A stretch of DNA of 64,000 bases from Microbotryum violaceum (taxonomy: Eukaryota), in assembly GCA_001244265.2 (NCBI GenBank), contig CDLV01000006.1:2418001-2482000 (forward strand). Reading direction: 5' to 3'. Under the pieces are notes generated by a model. The model saw nothing but the letters and a program-made list of their open reading frames with translations, was not told where the DNA came from and made no database searches. The translations under genes were made by a program, and so were the position numbers. Shown here one piece after another: positions 47,226 through 60,026 of this stretch. Each line of letters begins with the position of its first letter. Position 1 is the first letter of the stretch.

Positions 47226-47614
47226 ATCTCATTTTTACCAGCCTCTCTTGTCTCAGCTTCGACTACCCCACCCTGTTCTCGCTCTTTGGTCAGCCTGCTA
47301 CCTTGGTTTTGCCAGAGTGGCGTCTCCGTCCAAGGATAATGTTGTTCTGTTTTCCGCTTGTTTAAGATAGCCTCTCTCTACGAGAGTACCCTCACCAAAT
47401 CAGCGGACTCTTCCTAAAAAGAAAAAGAAAACATTCGTGCTGGAAACTCACTCCCCCCCTTTTTTTTGTCTGACGTCCGGATCTTCAACAAAATCGGTCC
47501 CAGGCGGTGACTCTTAAGCTTGCCAGGTCCGTGCGCGCTCGGTCGATCCCGATCGCTCATTGAATATTGAACGAAGACTCGACGTTTGGCTTCTCTCCGC
47601 GAAACCATACAACC

Positions 47615-48490
47615 ATGTCGCAGCGCAAGCTCCCCAACATCCTCCTGACTGGGTTAGTAGAACTTACTCATCTCGAACACGCCCACACTCATGCAACATC
47701 CTCTCCACCTACAGGACCCCCGGCACAGGCAAGACGACCCATGCTTCGCAGCTGATCGAAGCTCTACAAGCTCTCGAGATTCCCGCTGCATCCTCGTCTA
47801 GCCCAGAAACGCCGGCATGGGAGACCATCAATGTTTCGGAATTTGTCAAGGCCAATGATTGTCATAGCGGGTATAATGAGGAGTGGGATACGTATGACGT
47901 CGATGAGGATAAGGTGAGTGCGAGCACGAGAGCGAGAGCCAGCCCGGAGGAGCTGTGGAGTTCTACAGGAGAGTCAGGGTCATGAGCTGAGGCTGGCGCT
48001 TGGTTTGTCAAACGATAGCTCTTGGATGAACTGGAAATTGTTCAGCGCAAGGGTGGACGGATACTGGACTGGCATACGTGCGACATCTTCCCCGAGCGGT
48101 GGATCGATCTCGTCGTCGTGCTCAGGTGCGAGCATTCGACGTTGTGGACACGGCTTGAGAAGCGGTATGTCAGACTCTTGCACACTATCAAGCGCTTTGC
48201 GCATGTTTCTGTCGAGAGGTCCAAGGCTGCAGGAAGGTAGGGCTCGGCAAGAACACTTGACCTCAAAATTCGCTCCTTCCCGCAGTGGTTACACGCTCAA
48301 CAAGATCCAAGAGAACAACGAAGCCGAGATCATGCAAGTCGTTCTGCAAGACGCACGCGAGTCATATGCCGAAGAGATCGTTGTCGAACTCACGAGTGAA
48401 CGTCCCGAGGACGTCGAGCAGAATGTCGCGAGGATAGCGGCTTGGATTAAGGCTTGGCTTGACGATCATCCGGATGGTGTTGATGCTTGA
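47615..48490 (+). CDS. FAP7: Adenylate kinase 6 / Fap7 (40S biogenesis ATPase)
   Basis: MSQRKLPNILLTG|TPGTGKTT, ILDWHTCDIFPERWIDLVVVLR, RLEKR|GYTLNKIQENNEAEIMQVV..ESYAEEIVVEL. Three introns. Confidence 0.95.
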
Positions 48491-48821
48491 TACATTATAG
48501 CATGGCACAGTTTGACGAAGCAAGCACTCGCAAGAGAGGGAATACCGAATTGAGAGAAAATGATTTTGGACTCCACACGGTTTCTATGAAGAGGAAAAGA
48601 GTCTTTATAAAGAAGGTACAGGCGATTGCGACAAGACGTATGCAAACGACAAAGCAAGAAATAAGAACATCGCATCCATACGGATAAATATGGGAATCGT
48701 CTACCCCAATAAAAAAAGACATGATTGAATGGACGAAGGAATTAAAGGAGAAACCCCGGTTGAAACCTCGGAGAGGACGGGAGCGGATACAGTTGACGAT
48801 ATGGTGACGATATGCCCTCCT

Positions 48822-51800
48822 TCAGAACACGTTGAGAATGTCCATCGGCGTCTCGTAACCATGTGCACTACCGTCGTATCCTCCATGATCGAGATCGTCG
48901 AGATCCATTATAACTGCGAAAACAAACAGAAACCTGCGTAAGCAGGGGTCCTGTTCAAGATCAAAGGCACAAAAGGCTTCGACTCACTCGAATAAGGACG
49001 GAATCTGACGTGCGACAAGCCTTGTATCAATCGCCAATGCACGGCCTTAACCTCTTCGTCAACGAACATGATCCCGTGCTCGCGGTTCTCTTCAGGCAAA
49101 CGCAATCTCGCTCGGTTCGCGACACGTCCGAGCAACTTGGCGTCGTCCAGGAAGGCGGCCAGAACGGCAATTTTGGCATCGTAAGCCGCACCGGAGCCAG
49201 CGTTCGGCGGTCGTCGCGAGTGTTGAAGCGCGTCAGGCGAGTACAAAAGCCACGACAGATGCGCGGTCAGCATGGGCTGCACTATGTCACGGCTGACAAG
49301 CGACTCGCCCTCATCGCGCGGGCTGTCATGGTGGTTGAGCAGACGAACGGCGTCGAGCATCATCGAGGGATCAAAGTCCAAGGGGTCGAACGGAAGACGA
49401 GGGATGTCGTGGGCCGAAACACGTCGACCGATCTGAGCGCTCCACTTCGGTACTTCGCCACGATCGACGGGTGAAGGGGGGAAGGCGTAGGCGGAACCGT
49501 GCTCGGCCAGGGCATGCTCGAACGAAGTCTCGTCCTCGCCCTCCAGACCCGAGTAAACCAATTGCTGCTCGAGCTGATCCTTCTCGAGGTAAAAGTGGGG
49601 CAGCTGGTTGACGAAGCGGTGCATGATGAGCTGCGAAGCGACGGTCGTGTACTTATCGTCGCCCGTGAGGTAGCCCGCCAGCGCAAACATGAGCGAATGC
49701 TGGGCAGCCGTGTGCGCGTCCATCTTCTCTTCCTCAGGAGTGTCGAGATGCTTGTAAACATAGTTGAACGCGTGCTGGATCTGGTGCTCAAAGTCGCGGA
49801 CCGTTTTGACCGAGTATTCTTCGCCCTGCTCGTAGAGACTGCGCAGCATCTCGAGATTCGACTTGTCAAAGTTCCAGAAGCGATCGGGGTGAAAGCCGCA
49901 TTCGGCCTTGTTTTCCTCGGGATCACAACCTTCCTCGCCGCGAGCGATTTGTTCATCGAGACGCTCGAGAAAGGCGACGATGCCTTTGATGCGGTTCGTG
50001 TTGCGCAGCGTGACGGCCTCGCGGTTCGTCTCTTCTTGGCGTTTATACCCAGAAAACAATCGATAGACCCAACCAGCGTTGACGAACGGAGGTGCTTCGT
50101 AGCGCATGGGATGAGCTGCGTCATCCGGGTGGCCCCATTCCTCGAGCGGCCGGTGAATTGGTGAACTCGCGTTGACGCCAGGGGCACCAGGAATGGAAGC
50201 CCAAGCGTCGGCAGTGACGTGGTGACGATCCTCCGATTCCCAGGGCAAGGTGCGTTGATCCAATCCTTTAGAGTACGGAATCGCTCCCAAGCGCCAGAGG
50301 AGTTCCAACTTGCTGCGTCGTCCGTAACGCATCGCCTCTTGGAAGTCCTCGGTCGAATCGTAGCGGAAACCAATTTGCGGCTCCTCGGGCGCGTCCGGGG
50401 CCGTGTCGGGGCGAGAGAAGTGCTCAGCCTCCTCGATGGCGGAGAGGCGACGGTCATGGTGATGGTGCTCAGGGACGAGCTTGATGGTGTTGTTCTCTCG
50501 GACATCGTCGTTCGAGAGCAAACGTGCCATCGGCATGAGAAGGTAGCGGGAAGCTTGGGGACCTTCACCAGCGATCGAGAGCGTTTGCACGATCGAGTAC
50601 ATTGCGGCCGGTGTCAAAAATGAGTTACCGTCGAGAGGCAAGATCCATCTTGCGTTGGGTAGGGACCGACCATGCTCGAGAGCAAAGTTGCGCCCGCCGT
50701 TCTGCGGATGGTTTCGAAGCGTGTAAGCCAAATAATTAAGCCCAGATCGAGGCCACAGCAGTCCCCTCAGCTTACATTGTTCATCGCATAAAGGTTCTTC
50801 TCGTGGTACGTAAAATCGATCGCGCGTAGCTTGGTCAGCACATCCTTCTTGAGGCGACCCTCTCGATGGTGTTCGAAATGTTCGTGCGAGCTAAAAGCGT
50901 CATTGTGGGCCAACGCATGCTCCTCCATCAAAAGACGGTGAGCCTCTTGCGCCTCGTGATCATCGTTCGACGCGCCAATGTCCCAGCCCCGAACCTTGTC
51001 GACGCCACCTTCCCAGCGGAACTCGCGTCGCTCGTACTCAGACCACTCAAAGGGAATGAGCAGAATGCGACTGTCGGGGACGGAGTACATGTGCAACAGA
51101 CTGATGATGGCGGTAACCATCTGCGCATCGGCGATGCGGTTCAAAACGAAGTACTTGTCGACTCGCAGGCCGCCTTCCTCAGTGCGCGCATAGGCCTTCG
51201 ACCCAGATCCGTAAAGATGCGCGTGATGATCGACGTGAGGTCCGAGAGGGGGCAAAACCGAGAAATCACTCTCGTACTGGAGCAGGAAGCGCACGTTGCG
51301 AAGAGTCTGGCCGGGCGAGTGTCGAGGAGGAAGATCGTTTCCCAGGATGCGATAGAGCACAAGCGTGTCACGTTGGGGATCGTCCGAGTGTTGAAGCGGA
51401 GGCGGGAGAGCCTTGTGATGCTTGTAAGCCACGTGAGGCGCCGCGACGAACTTGCTGTGGTGCTTCTTCTTGGCTTCGGGGGCATGGCCTTGCAAGTGGC
51501 TGTGATCGTGGTCACGTTCGTTATTGCGGGAGTCATCTCGTCCGTCGTAGTGTGTGTGGCTCGAAGTAACATGCAGGACACGCGCAATCCATCGGACGGG
51601 AGCCGTCAGCTTGGAAGGGGCTGGTGCAGGTCCCCGAAGGATCTCGGGGTGAATAAACAGCTTGCCATCGGGCCGTGCACGCGTTGCGGGCCGGTTGTGG
51701 TGTCGATCGTTGTGATGCGAAATCCGATCGCGGACCGCCGACAGCGGGAACAAGGCCCACAGGGTGAGAGCAATCACGAAGCCGATGGCCACCTTTCGCA

Positions 51801-53364
51801 CGACGGGGTTGGCCGAAGGGACTCCTCGCATCGTCCTGGACCTAGGCGCACCGTCATTCGATCTGAAACCAATGTCTCCCGGTCGAACGGCCCAACTGAA
51901 GGCTCTGTTGTGGGCCGCCTTGACGCGTTTCCTGAAGTCGCGATGCTCGATCTCCTTCTGCTTCTCCTCTTCCTTCTCCCGGGCTTGGCTCGCATAACTC
52001 GCACGACGAGGGAGAGGGAGACTGACGACACTCGAGACCTTGATCGCGGGGCCCAGCCGGGGCAACGGCGATTCCGTTACGGGCAGCGAGTCTGTCGACC
52101 CACGGCGTGATTGGGCCATGGGCAATTCGTCAGCGCGCAGGTTCGCATTCGAGGCTCGTCGAACGAGTCCTGATGCGAGTCGCCCGATCGGTTCTGCGAG
52201 CGCACCAAGCCGGGGCGAGGTCGAAGGCCTGCGCTCCATCGGTGGAGCCGGGCCCATGGGCGACGCGATCGAGGAAGGCAGCGAGTCGGCATTCGATCCG
52301 TTAGAGCTCCACAGCTTGGGCAAGAAGCTGAGTGCCGGCGAGCCCAGAGGGGTGGTCGAGCCATCGCCAAGAAGTGGAGAAGGTTGCGGCGCCGTCGAGT
52401 CGGCGGCATACACCCGACGTGTCGATCGAGCGCCGTTCGTCGTTGGCGTCCCCGACGAGAGATTCTGCGACGTCGCGTCGAACTGGAAGCCACCATTTGT
52501 CTTTGCGGTGGGTGCAGGTGAGTCCATATCGACGGTAAGGACCAACGACGGGCGTTTTTTGAGCGTCGCGGGAGAGTCATCGACCGAGAGCAGGTTTACG
52601 TGCCGACCGCGCTGCTCGCCGAGAACGGGCCTCGTCGCCGAGACGGGCTCCCGCGTGTACTGGGGTCGCACAAAAGTCGGCACCTCGATACCACTCGTAT
52701 TCGAGGTCGACGACGAACGCGGTCGATGGTCATACATTGACGTCGGCGGGGCCAGGGGCGGCTGATCCGAGTTACGACGCAGGATCGCGGCGTGCCCCTG
52801 TCCCCGCTGCTGGAGGTGGTAGTCGAACGGCGCGAGTCGAGCACTGCCGGGCATGGACAGAGGCGGTGTCGGCGCGTCGTTGGCAGTCGGCGCATCTGCT
52901 ACTCCGTCATAAATGTCATGCGAGGTGGGCGCAAAGTGGTCGACGTCGAGCTCGAGCGGGGAGTCGGGGGGCAAGGTCGAAAAGTACGACACCCCTTTGT
53001 CGGCGTCGCTCTGGGAGTCGATGTCTGCGGCTTGGTCGCGGTAGGCGCCGTTTGCCGAGGTTGAAACAAGGAGCTGGGGCGACACGGACAGCGTGGGACT
53101 GAAGTACAACGATGGGGAAGGGGAAGGGGGTGCCGTGTGGTGGGCTGGCGCGTCGGGCGGGACTCTAGGAGCCTTGTCGCCGCTTGGGATGTAAGTGGCG
53201 TACGTGTAGGAAGGCCTGCGGTGCGGCGCGGCCAGAGGGGCGGCGCCGTCCTGAGACGTGCACGGTTCGCGCCTCAAACGGCCCTGCGACTGGAAATGTC
53301 TCAGCGAGGGACGAGTCAAGAAGCGGGGTCTCTGGGTCAATTCACCGTTCAGAAAGCTCGACAT
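48822..53364 (-). CDS. Type II membrane protein: glycosyltransferase-like domain plus degenerate alginate-lyase-like helical domain
   Basis: TM segment VAIGFVIALTLWALFPL. Luminal motifs LYRILGNDLPPRH..TLRNVRFLL..KYFVLNRI..KNLYAMNN|NGGRNFAL..WILPLDGNSFLT..PEEPQIGFR..MRYGRRSKLELLWRLG..AGWVYRLFSG, then ALAGYLTGDDKY..LDAVRLL..GAAYDAK. Introns 50702-50775 and ~48913-48988. Confidence 0.75.
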
Positions 53365-53976
53365 ATGCTCCCCTAAGGATCAAAACACGCACCATGATGA
53401 CTGCTGCGTTATTGTATCGCCTCTGTTGCTGCGTCCGACTGCGGTACTGACGCGCGGCCGCGAGTTGCCTGTCGTGGTTGGTTTACAACGCGTCGCAGTT
53501 ACCGCTTCAGAACGCGCAGTGGCCTTCCTGGGCGGCGGCGGCGACAACACGCTCAAAGGGTTGGAGCCTCGGGAACGAGAGTGGGGCGACGTGAGACGAG
53601 TCGAAAAGCCGCGACAGGTAGAGCGGTGCACCGAGGAGCGAGTTGAAACGGGAACAAAAAGGGAGCCAGTAGTGACTGCAGGCCAGCGCATCAATCGGAA
53701 TCCGGGCGGCGCAACTGCGGCGCAAGGCGGGCACCGCTTCCCGAGCGACCGCCTAGAAAAATACGCCCTCCGCTGGGCTCGATCGCGCCTCGACGCGACA
53801 CTGTTCCGACTCTCGGGTTACCTACCGCGGGCCAGAGTTTAGGATGCATGATTGGCTTCTCTGAGAGCACGAATGTCAAGCACATCGCGCGTAGTACTGT
53901 CCCGGAATCCCCTTTCGACACGCGCACACGCTTGATTCGCTTGAAGCCCTCAAGCCTGGGGCACCGCGCTTTACGC

Positions 53977-54003
53977 GTTGACGACCGTTGACGCGGGTTG
54001 ACG
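53977..54003. promoter_or_regulatory. Three GTTGACG motifs at exact 10-bp spacing (TGACG bZIP-type half sites)
   Basis: GTTGACG at 53977, 53987 and 53997, ~620 bp upstream of the minus-strand gene starting at 53364. Confidence 0.4.
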
Positions 54004-54443
54004 CGGTTCATCATGACATCACCGATGATCGACACGTGGACCACGGTCAATTCAATAATAAATCCTCTGGATGATTCGTGCACTAGGAAAGAGACAAATT
54101 ATTGAGGGCTGGCACGCTTGCATAATCTCCAAAACGTAGATAGATGTTCTCACGACGAGTTGACGACTTCGACTCGTGGCACTCCGGCCTTCTCCATGCA
54201 ACGTTCTGAAGTCCTTCCGTACTAAGCGATCGACCGTTATCCCGTTGAGCGGGGGCAATCCGTAAGTAACTTGAGAATGTCTATCTGATCATCCATCTGA
54301 TTAACATCAGCGGGTCTTGGCAACTCGAACGCCGGCCCACGACTACTCGGTCCGGGCGCGGATGGATCCCCACGTACGGACCCCGCCTTGACAGGAAAAC
54401 ACCCCCATAGCACTGCCATCGCACAAGGAAATATCAATGGTGA

Positions 54444-56614
54444 CTATTTCGAAAACATGTTCTTGACCCTCTCTCGGAGAACGTTCTTTTGGACTGAAGA
54501 AATGAAACGAAAGCCACAGCGTAAGCAACCTGACCCAGCACATCCAAAAAAGACGACTCACTTTTGCCCGTTGAGGTCTTTTCCAAGTCATGAACAACCT
54601 CGACCCACTCAGGGATCGCGAAACCAGGGAGAAGACCACTCTTCTTGGCGAACTGCTTGAGTTCGTTTTCGAAATGCTCGAGCTTGTCATTCCATGACGC
54701 TCCAGGCTTGAGGACGACGAATGCGTGCGGTCGCTCGCCCCACTGCAGACGACGAATTGCGGTCAACTCCCGGGGATTAGTACAACCCAGGTCAGCAGCG
54801 TCGTACTTACCTTCTCATGAGCTCGAGCGACACAAGCAACCTCCAAGACGTCCGGATGGGTCGTTAACGCCGACTCGAGCGCGAGAGAGGAGATGTTCTC
54901 GGCGCCGCTGACGATGATATCCTTGGATCGATCCGCAATCGCGAACGTACCATCCTCGCGAAGTACGGCAAGATCACCCGTATGGAACCACCCACCTGCA
55001 AACGCTTTGGCCGTCGCTTCAGGATTCTTCCAGTAGCCCTGAGGTTCTCAATTTCCGCGAGCTCATCAGCGTTTGCTCCTTTCTCACAGGGGTAAAAGGG
55101 CGGCCACGGGAACTTACCTTCATAATCAGATTCCCGCGCATCACAATCTCGCCAACCTCGGTCCCGTTCGGTTTGACATCAACCAGATCCTCAGACTTGA
55201 GATTGAGTTCCTCACCATCCGGGATCAACTTGACGACTCGAACATCATCCGCGACACGGAATGCAAACCCTTGTCGAGCCTTTTCGACAAAATAGGTCGG
55301 CGAGGAAGGGTCGAGGAAGAAGGTTTTGGTCATTGGGCCGTAGCTTTCTGTCAGACCGTAGACATGGGTGACGTCGATGCCGAGTTTCTCGAGTCCTTCA
55401 ATCACGGTCGCAGTTGGTGCCGCACCTGCCACGGTCGTACGGACGGGTCGAGAGAGTTTTCGTGCGTTGGGCTGACTGACAATGGACAGTTGCACAGTCG
55501 GAGCTCCAGAGTAGTGCGTCACGCCGCGTTCGAGAAAGCCACGCCACACTTTGCTGTAGTCCCCGACGGCTCGGAGAAACACCTGCGTAGCCATCGCCGA
55601 GGTGCACGCATATGGAAAGCACCACCCGAGGCAGTGGAACTGCGGCAGGATCCAGAGGTAGACGCTATTAAAATCGAGCTGCGCCTCCATCGCGTTACCC
55701 AGTGCAGCGAGGTAAGTTCCTCGGTAGGTCGTCTCGACACCTTTGGGTCGACTCGTCGTGCCAGACGTGTACGAGATGGCGAACGTACTGTCCTCGTCGG
55801 CTTGGAACTCGAGCCCCTGCCACCCGAGCCCACCCTGCTTTCGATCGTACGCCTGACCCTCGAGCAAGAACTTTTCATACGGGTCATCGGCCTTGCCCGA
55901 GTCGGCACAGACGATGACTTGCAGCTTTGGCGACTTGTCGACTAAGTGTCGTAGTGTCTCGTCAACGAGGGCGAGTTTGGCGCCTGAGTTTTCGAGCATG
56001 TAGGCAACTTCAGGTTCGGTCAGTCGCGTATTGAGAGAGACGATGATTCCCTGTACGGACGGGATGGCTTGAAGTGCATCCGATACGAAGGGAACATTGG
56101 GACCCAAGACAACGACCCTAAAGCGAGACGGAACCCAAGGGTCAGCTCAGTTCTGACGTCCTGGCCTCTGCGGCGCCAGCATACTTACCGGTCACCAGGT
56201 GCGATACCCCGTGCCTTGAGAGCATAAGCCAAGAAAGCGACCCGATCCGCAAATTGCGAAAAAGTGAACGAGAACCCCTTTTCTGGATGCGACTGTGCGA
56301 GATCTAGTTTAGTGAGAAGGGAGCGAAAGCGAGCCGCGGAGAATAGTAAGCCCCACATTCCGGTAAACCGTCGCTGCCAGTTCCACGTAAGCACCGCTCA
56401 CGATCAGCGGGTGGTGATACTCACGATGAGGTCGGACCATCGCAGCTTTCAAGAGGAATACCACAGGGTTCAAGGGTGTCTTGTGCACTAAAAGCCCGGC
56501 GGGCAATTTGGGCTTGTACCGTCTCGCGAGTGACGTCGCCGCTGAATCACCGCCGTTCGAGCTGCCGTCGAGGTGCGACCGTACCTGTTGGAGTCGTCGT
56601 TGAGGAGCGCTCAT
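54444..56614 (-). CDS. Peroxisomal (PTS2) acyl-CoA synthetase / AMP-binding enzyme (AAE-like)
   Basis: AMP-binding motif YTSGTTSRPKGV, plus YGLTESYGP, GEIVMRGNLIMKGY, WFHTGDLA, DRSKDIIVSGAENISS, WGERPHAFV and KTSTGKIQKNVLRE. N-terminal RLQQVRSHL fits PTS2. Confidence 0.92.
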
Positions 56615-57108
56615 GGTGATATGAGCACCCCAAAATGTAGTGTACTGATACGTGTGGGAGCGTTGAACGGGGACGTGCGAAGGGAAAAGAAGTGCCGCCG
56701 GCGCCGGGAAATTTGTCGCGTGCATGTCCCCGACTTGGCGCGCACGGACCACTTCGGCGCCAACTCCCTCGGAAAGCGGAGTTTTTGGCATCAAAGACTT
56801 GATTCACACAAATCGGATTCGGTGACGGTCCCTAGCCCATGGAAGTAGCAGCGAGGATTATGAATTCTCCAGGTTATGCACTTTGTATCACGTGACCGTG
56901 CTCTCTGGTCGTGCCCATGACGTCGGGGCAGGCACGACTCGTCGCAGGCCCAATGACGTTGCAAGTCGACGTTTGCACGTGGGCTCGCTATAATCTCGGC
57001 TGATCCAAAATTTGAAGGCGTCAACTCCCCAAGCGCTTCTCATTGTCCAGGCGCAGTTCGCTTTCGTCCTTCTCCATCCAAAACTTTTTTCTCAAACAAG
57101 TATCCAGA

Positions 57109-58058
57109 ATGGTCAAAGCACAAGAACTTGAGAAAGGCGATACGGTCAAGTAAGCCCCTCCATCCGGTCTTTGCCACTCATCGATGCTCTCATTACCGGC
57201 ACCCATCGACGATCCCAACCAGGCTCCTCGCTGACGTTCACCTTCTCTCACACTTAGATGGCAATGGGGTTCCGGAGAACCTAAAGGTAAAGTCGACGGT
57301 GTCGTAGAGGGGGACGCCAAAGTCACGACCAACAAGGGGAATGAAGTGACGAGGAAGGGAAGTAAGTCGGGTCGAGCTGAACTGAATCATCCCTCGGGGA
57401 TCGAGTGCTAATTCTGCGTTTGATTTGCGATTGTGTTACTTGATTGTAGATGAGGAGAACCCGGCTGTCAAGATCAAAGCGGACAGTGGTGTAAGTTCTG
57501 TACATCTCCAAGTGTGCCTCGAGCCGAGTTGGACGAGATTTTCACCCTCGATCCCAAATCAATCTCTCTGATTCGTAGAACAAGGCGATCAAGAAGGCGT
57601 CCGAGCTCTCGGGTGTTGAGACGGGCAAGTCTAGTGGAGGGAAGAAGGGTGGGAACAAGAAGAAGGACGACGATGATGAGGACGAGGAGGCCGAGGAGGC
57701 CGACGGGAAGGAAGACACTGACGACGACGACGACGACGAGGACGACGACGAGAAAGAATCTGCGGAGGACGAAAAGGCCAAGTCCAAGACTGATGAACCG
57801 GCTTCCAAATTCAATGCAAAGTCTGCTCCTAAGTCAGAGACCAACAAGCCTGCTTCCAAAAGCAAGAACGGTGCCGCGACGAAATCGAACACGACGGACG
57901 ACGACGAGAAGTCAACTGTGCCTTCGAAACGCCCTCAACGATCCGAGGCGGCCAAAACGGGCAAGAAGGCCGAGGATACCGAGGACAAAGCAGAGGATGA
58001 CGAGGAAGAGGATCCGAAGCAACCTCTCAAGAAGAAGGGCAAGGCCGCCAAGAAGTGA
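57109..58058 (+). CDS. Hva1-like Tudor domain (DUF2945) protein with long acidic/lysine-rich tail
   Basis: Spliced product MVKAQELEKGDTVKWQWGSGEPKGKVDGVVEGDAKVTTNKGNEVTRKGNEENPAVKIKADSGNKAIKKASEL followed by a D/E/K-rich tail. Three introns; stop TGA 58056-58058. Confidence 0.85.
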
Positions 58059-58224
58059 ATGTAGTCTAAGGTCTTTTGCAATGAACTGCTGAAAACTAGT
58101 ACCCGAAGTCCCGACGGAATGTACACCCTTGCCAGTTATTTGTCTACATATACTAAACTAAACACGAGCTTTCACAACTACGATCATATTGAATAAGACA
58201 CTACTGCCATAAATTCACCGGCGA

Positions 58225-60026
58225 TCAGGCCTCGACCGCCACCGCCGCCGCACGATATCTCAAAGACCTCATCATCCGTCCCGCGTTGATCGGACTCGTT
58301 TCGGGTGTCATAGGTTCCCTTACAACCTTGAAGACCGGCTGCTCCTTCTCCTCTTGGAATTCGAGGACGGCACTCGCCTCCACTTTGACCACCGACGACC
58401 TCGCCCTAAACTCCGCCGCCGTCTCAGGGGGCATCATATTCGACCCCTTTCCAAATTCAGCAATGATAGCTGCCGCCTCTTCCTCGCGACCGGGTCGAAC
58501 AGGGATCTCAGGTTGACCGTCCATACGCTGAAAAGCGTATTTGCACACCTTGAACCCCGCTTCGCCGACGTCTTGCCAGTACTGTTGTGGAGTCATCGTT
58601 TGATGAGAAAGGTTCTCGAAGCAGTTTTGATTCGCTTCAACCTTCGTCGCTCGTTCGATCACGCACCTTGGTGATGATGTACAGACCATCGTAACGATAG
58701 CCCTCGACAGGGGCCCAAGGACTATGCCCCTTGAACCCTCGAATGACTCGAACGGGTTTGCGCGTCTCGACCGAACGCTTGAGAGCGGCGTTGAGCTTGG
58801 TGAAGACTTGGTCCGAGGTCTGAGGTGCGGTACGTAGGTTCTTGGGTGCTGCTGAGGTGCCTTTGAGGTCTCTGCCCCCGGAACCGGTCTGGAGAGAGGA
58901 GATCACAGCAGAGGTCAGCTGTGGCAGCTCGGGGGTCCATCGAATTTTGGTGCGACTTACAAATGTGAACCCATATCCAACATCGACATCATCCTCGTAT
59001 CCACCTGCACAAATGAATCCCCGTATATGAGCAAACCCAGCCAAAAGCACCCGAGTCCACCCCAGAACTGCCCAAAAACTGACCCGAAAGAGCGACCGAC
59101 CAAGCGCCGACATGTTCATTACCCGCGATCCCAGCGACGACGGGAGCATGGACGCCGGCTTGGGAGCACTCCATCCTGAAAGCCCAGTGCGTACCGACGG
59201 GGACGCCGCGTTGATGGCCGAAGATCTGCAGGGAAGGTTCTAGCTCGTCAGTCTTCGGTCAGAGTTTTTCGCGATGACAAGCTGCGCCGACTGACCTTGG
59301 TGTTGGGACGATTACCTATCAGACGAGCAGGAGCTACGACAACGTCATAACAAACCAACCAAGAAAACAATCAGCACAAGCACACTGGACAAAGGCCCAA
59401 CCCCGCACGCAGCGCAAACTGACCCGCACCGTCCCTCTGCACTATGCCCTGCTCACTCCTCTTCCTCTTTCTCCCCGTACTCCCCTCCTCGTACCCGTCA
59501 CCCTCCTCCTCACTACTCCAATCACTCTCCCCCGTCCCTTCCTTCTGGCCTTCCTCGCTCCCCCTCCTCTCATTCCCCCTAATCGCCTCCCTCAACCTAC
59601 TCGAACGCCGTTCCCCCGACGTTGAACCAGCAGGCGGCGTCGAATCAGGTGTCATCAAGCGTTGAATCTTGGGTTTCGGAGTCTTGCGAACTGGTGGGGG
59701 TGTGACGGGGAAGGATTTGGGTACGGAAGGGGCCATGGGACGTATATCGAAGGCGAGGAGAGCGACTTTATTGCGCGCGTGGAGGGCCTGGTTGAAGGAG
59801 GGTAAAGAGGTGAGGGGAGGGGAGGTGAGACTGGGGTGCTAGTGCTGCTGTGGGCATCGGTGTATGCTTACGGCACGTTCAGCTGCGAGTCCCACTGTAG
59901 TTGGGAAAGTAAGTGAGCATGGGGGTTCATCAGCATGAATGTGTCTCGGGATGGGTGGGGATGAGGTGGGGTGTGCCGACTCGGTCGGTGACGATCACAC
60001 ACCCCACCGCGGCGCGCGATCGCCAT
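58225..60026 (-). CDS. SRA/YDG domain-only protein (UHRF1-like methyl-cytosine reader)
   Basis: [103 protein letters not shown]. No RING, PHD or SET domain seen; the 5' exons and start are tentative. Confidence 0.9.

Noticed and set aside
49360..52765. Long alternative-frame and antisense ORFs (e.g. 49360-50568, 50866-52110, and also 55073-55945)
   Set aside because: They are shadows of GC3-rich codon usage in the real genes and show no independent protein features.
53394..53450. C/D-box snoRNA-like ATGATGA...CTGA
   Set aside because: Very short, with no terminal stem or recognisable rRNA guide, and antisense to the 5' UTR of the neighbouring gene.
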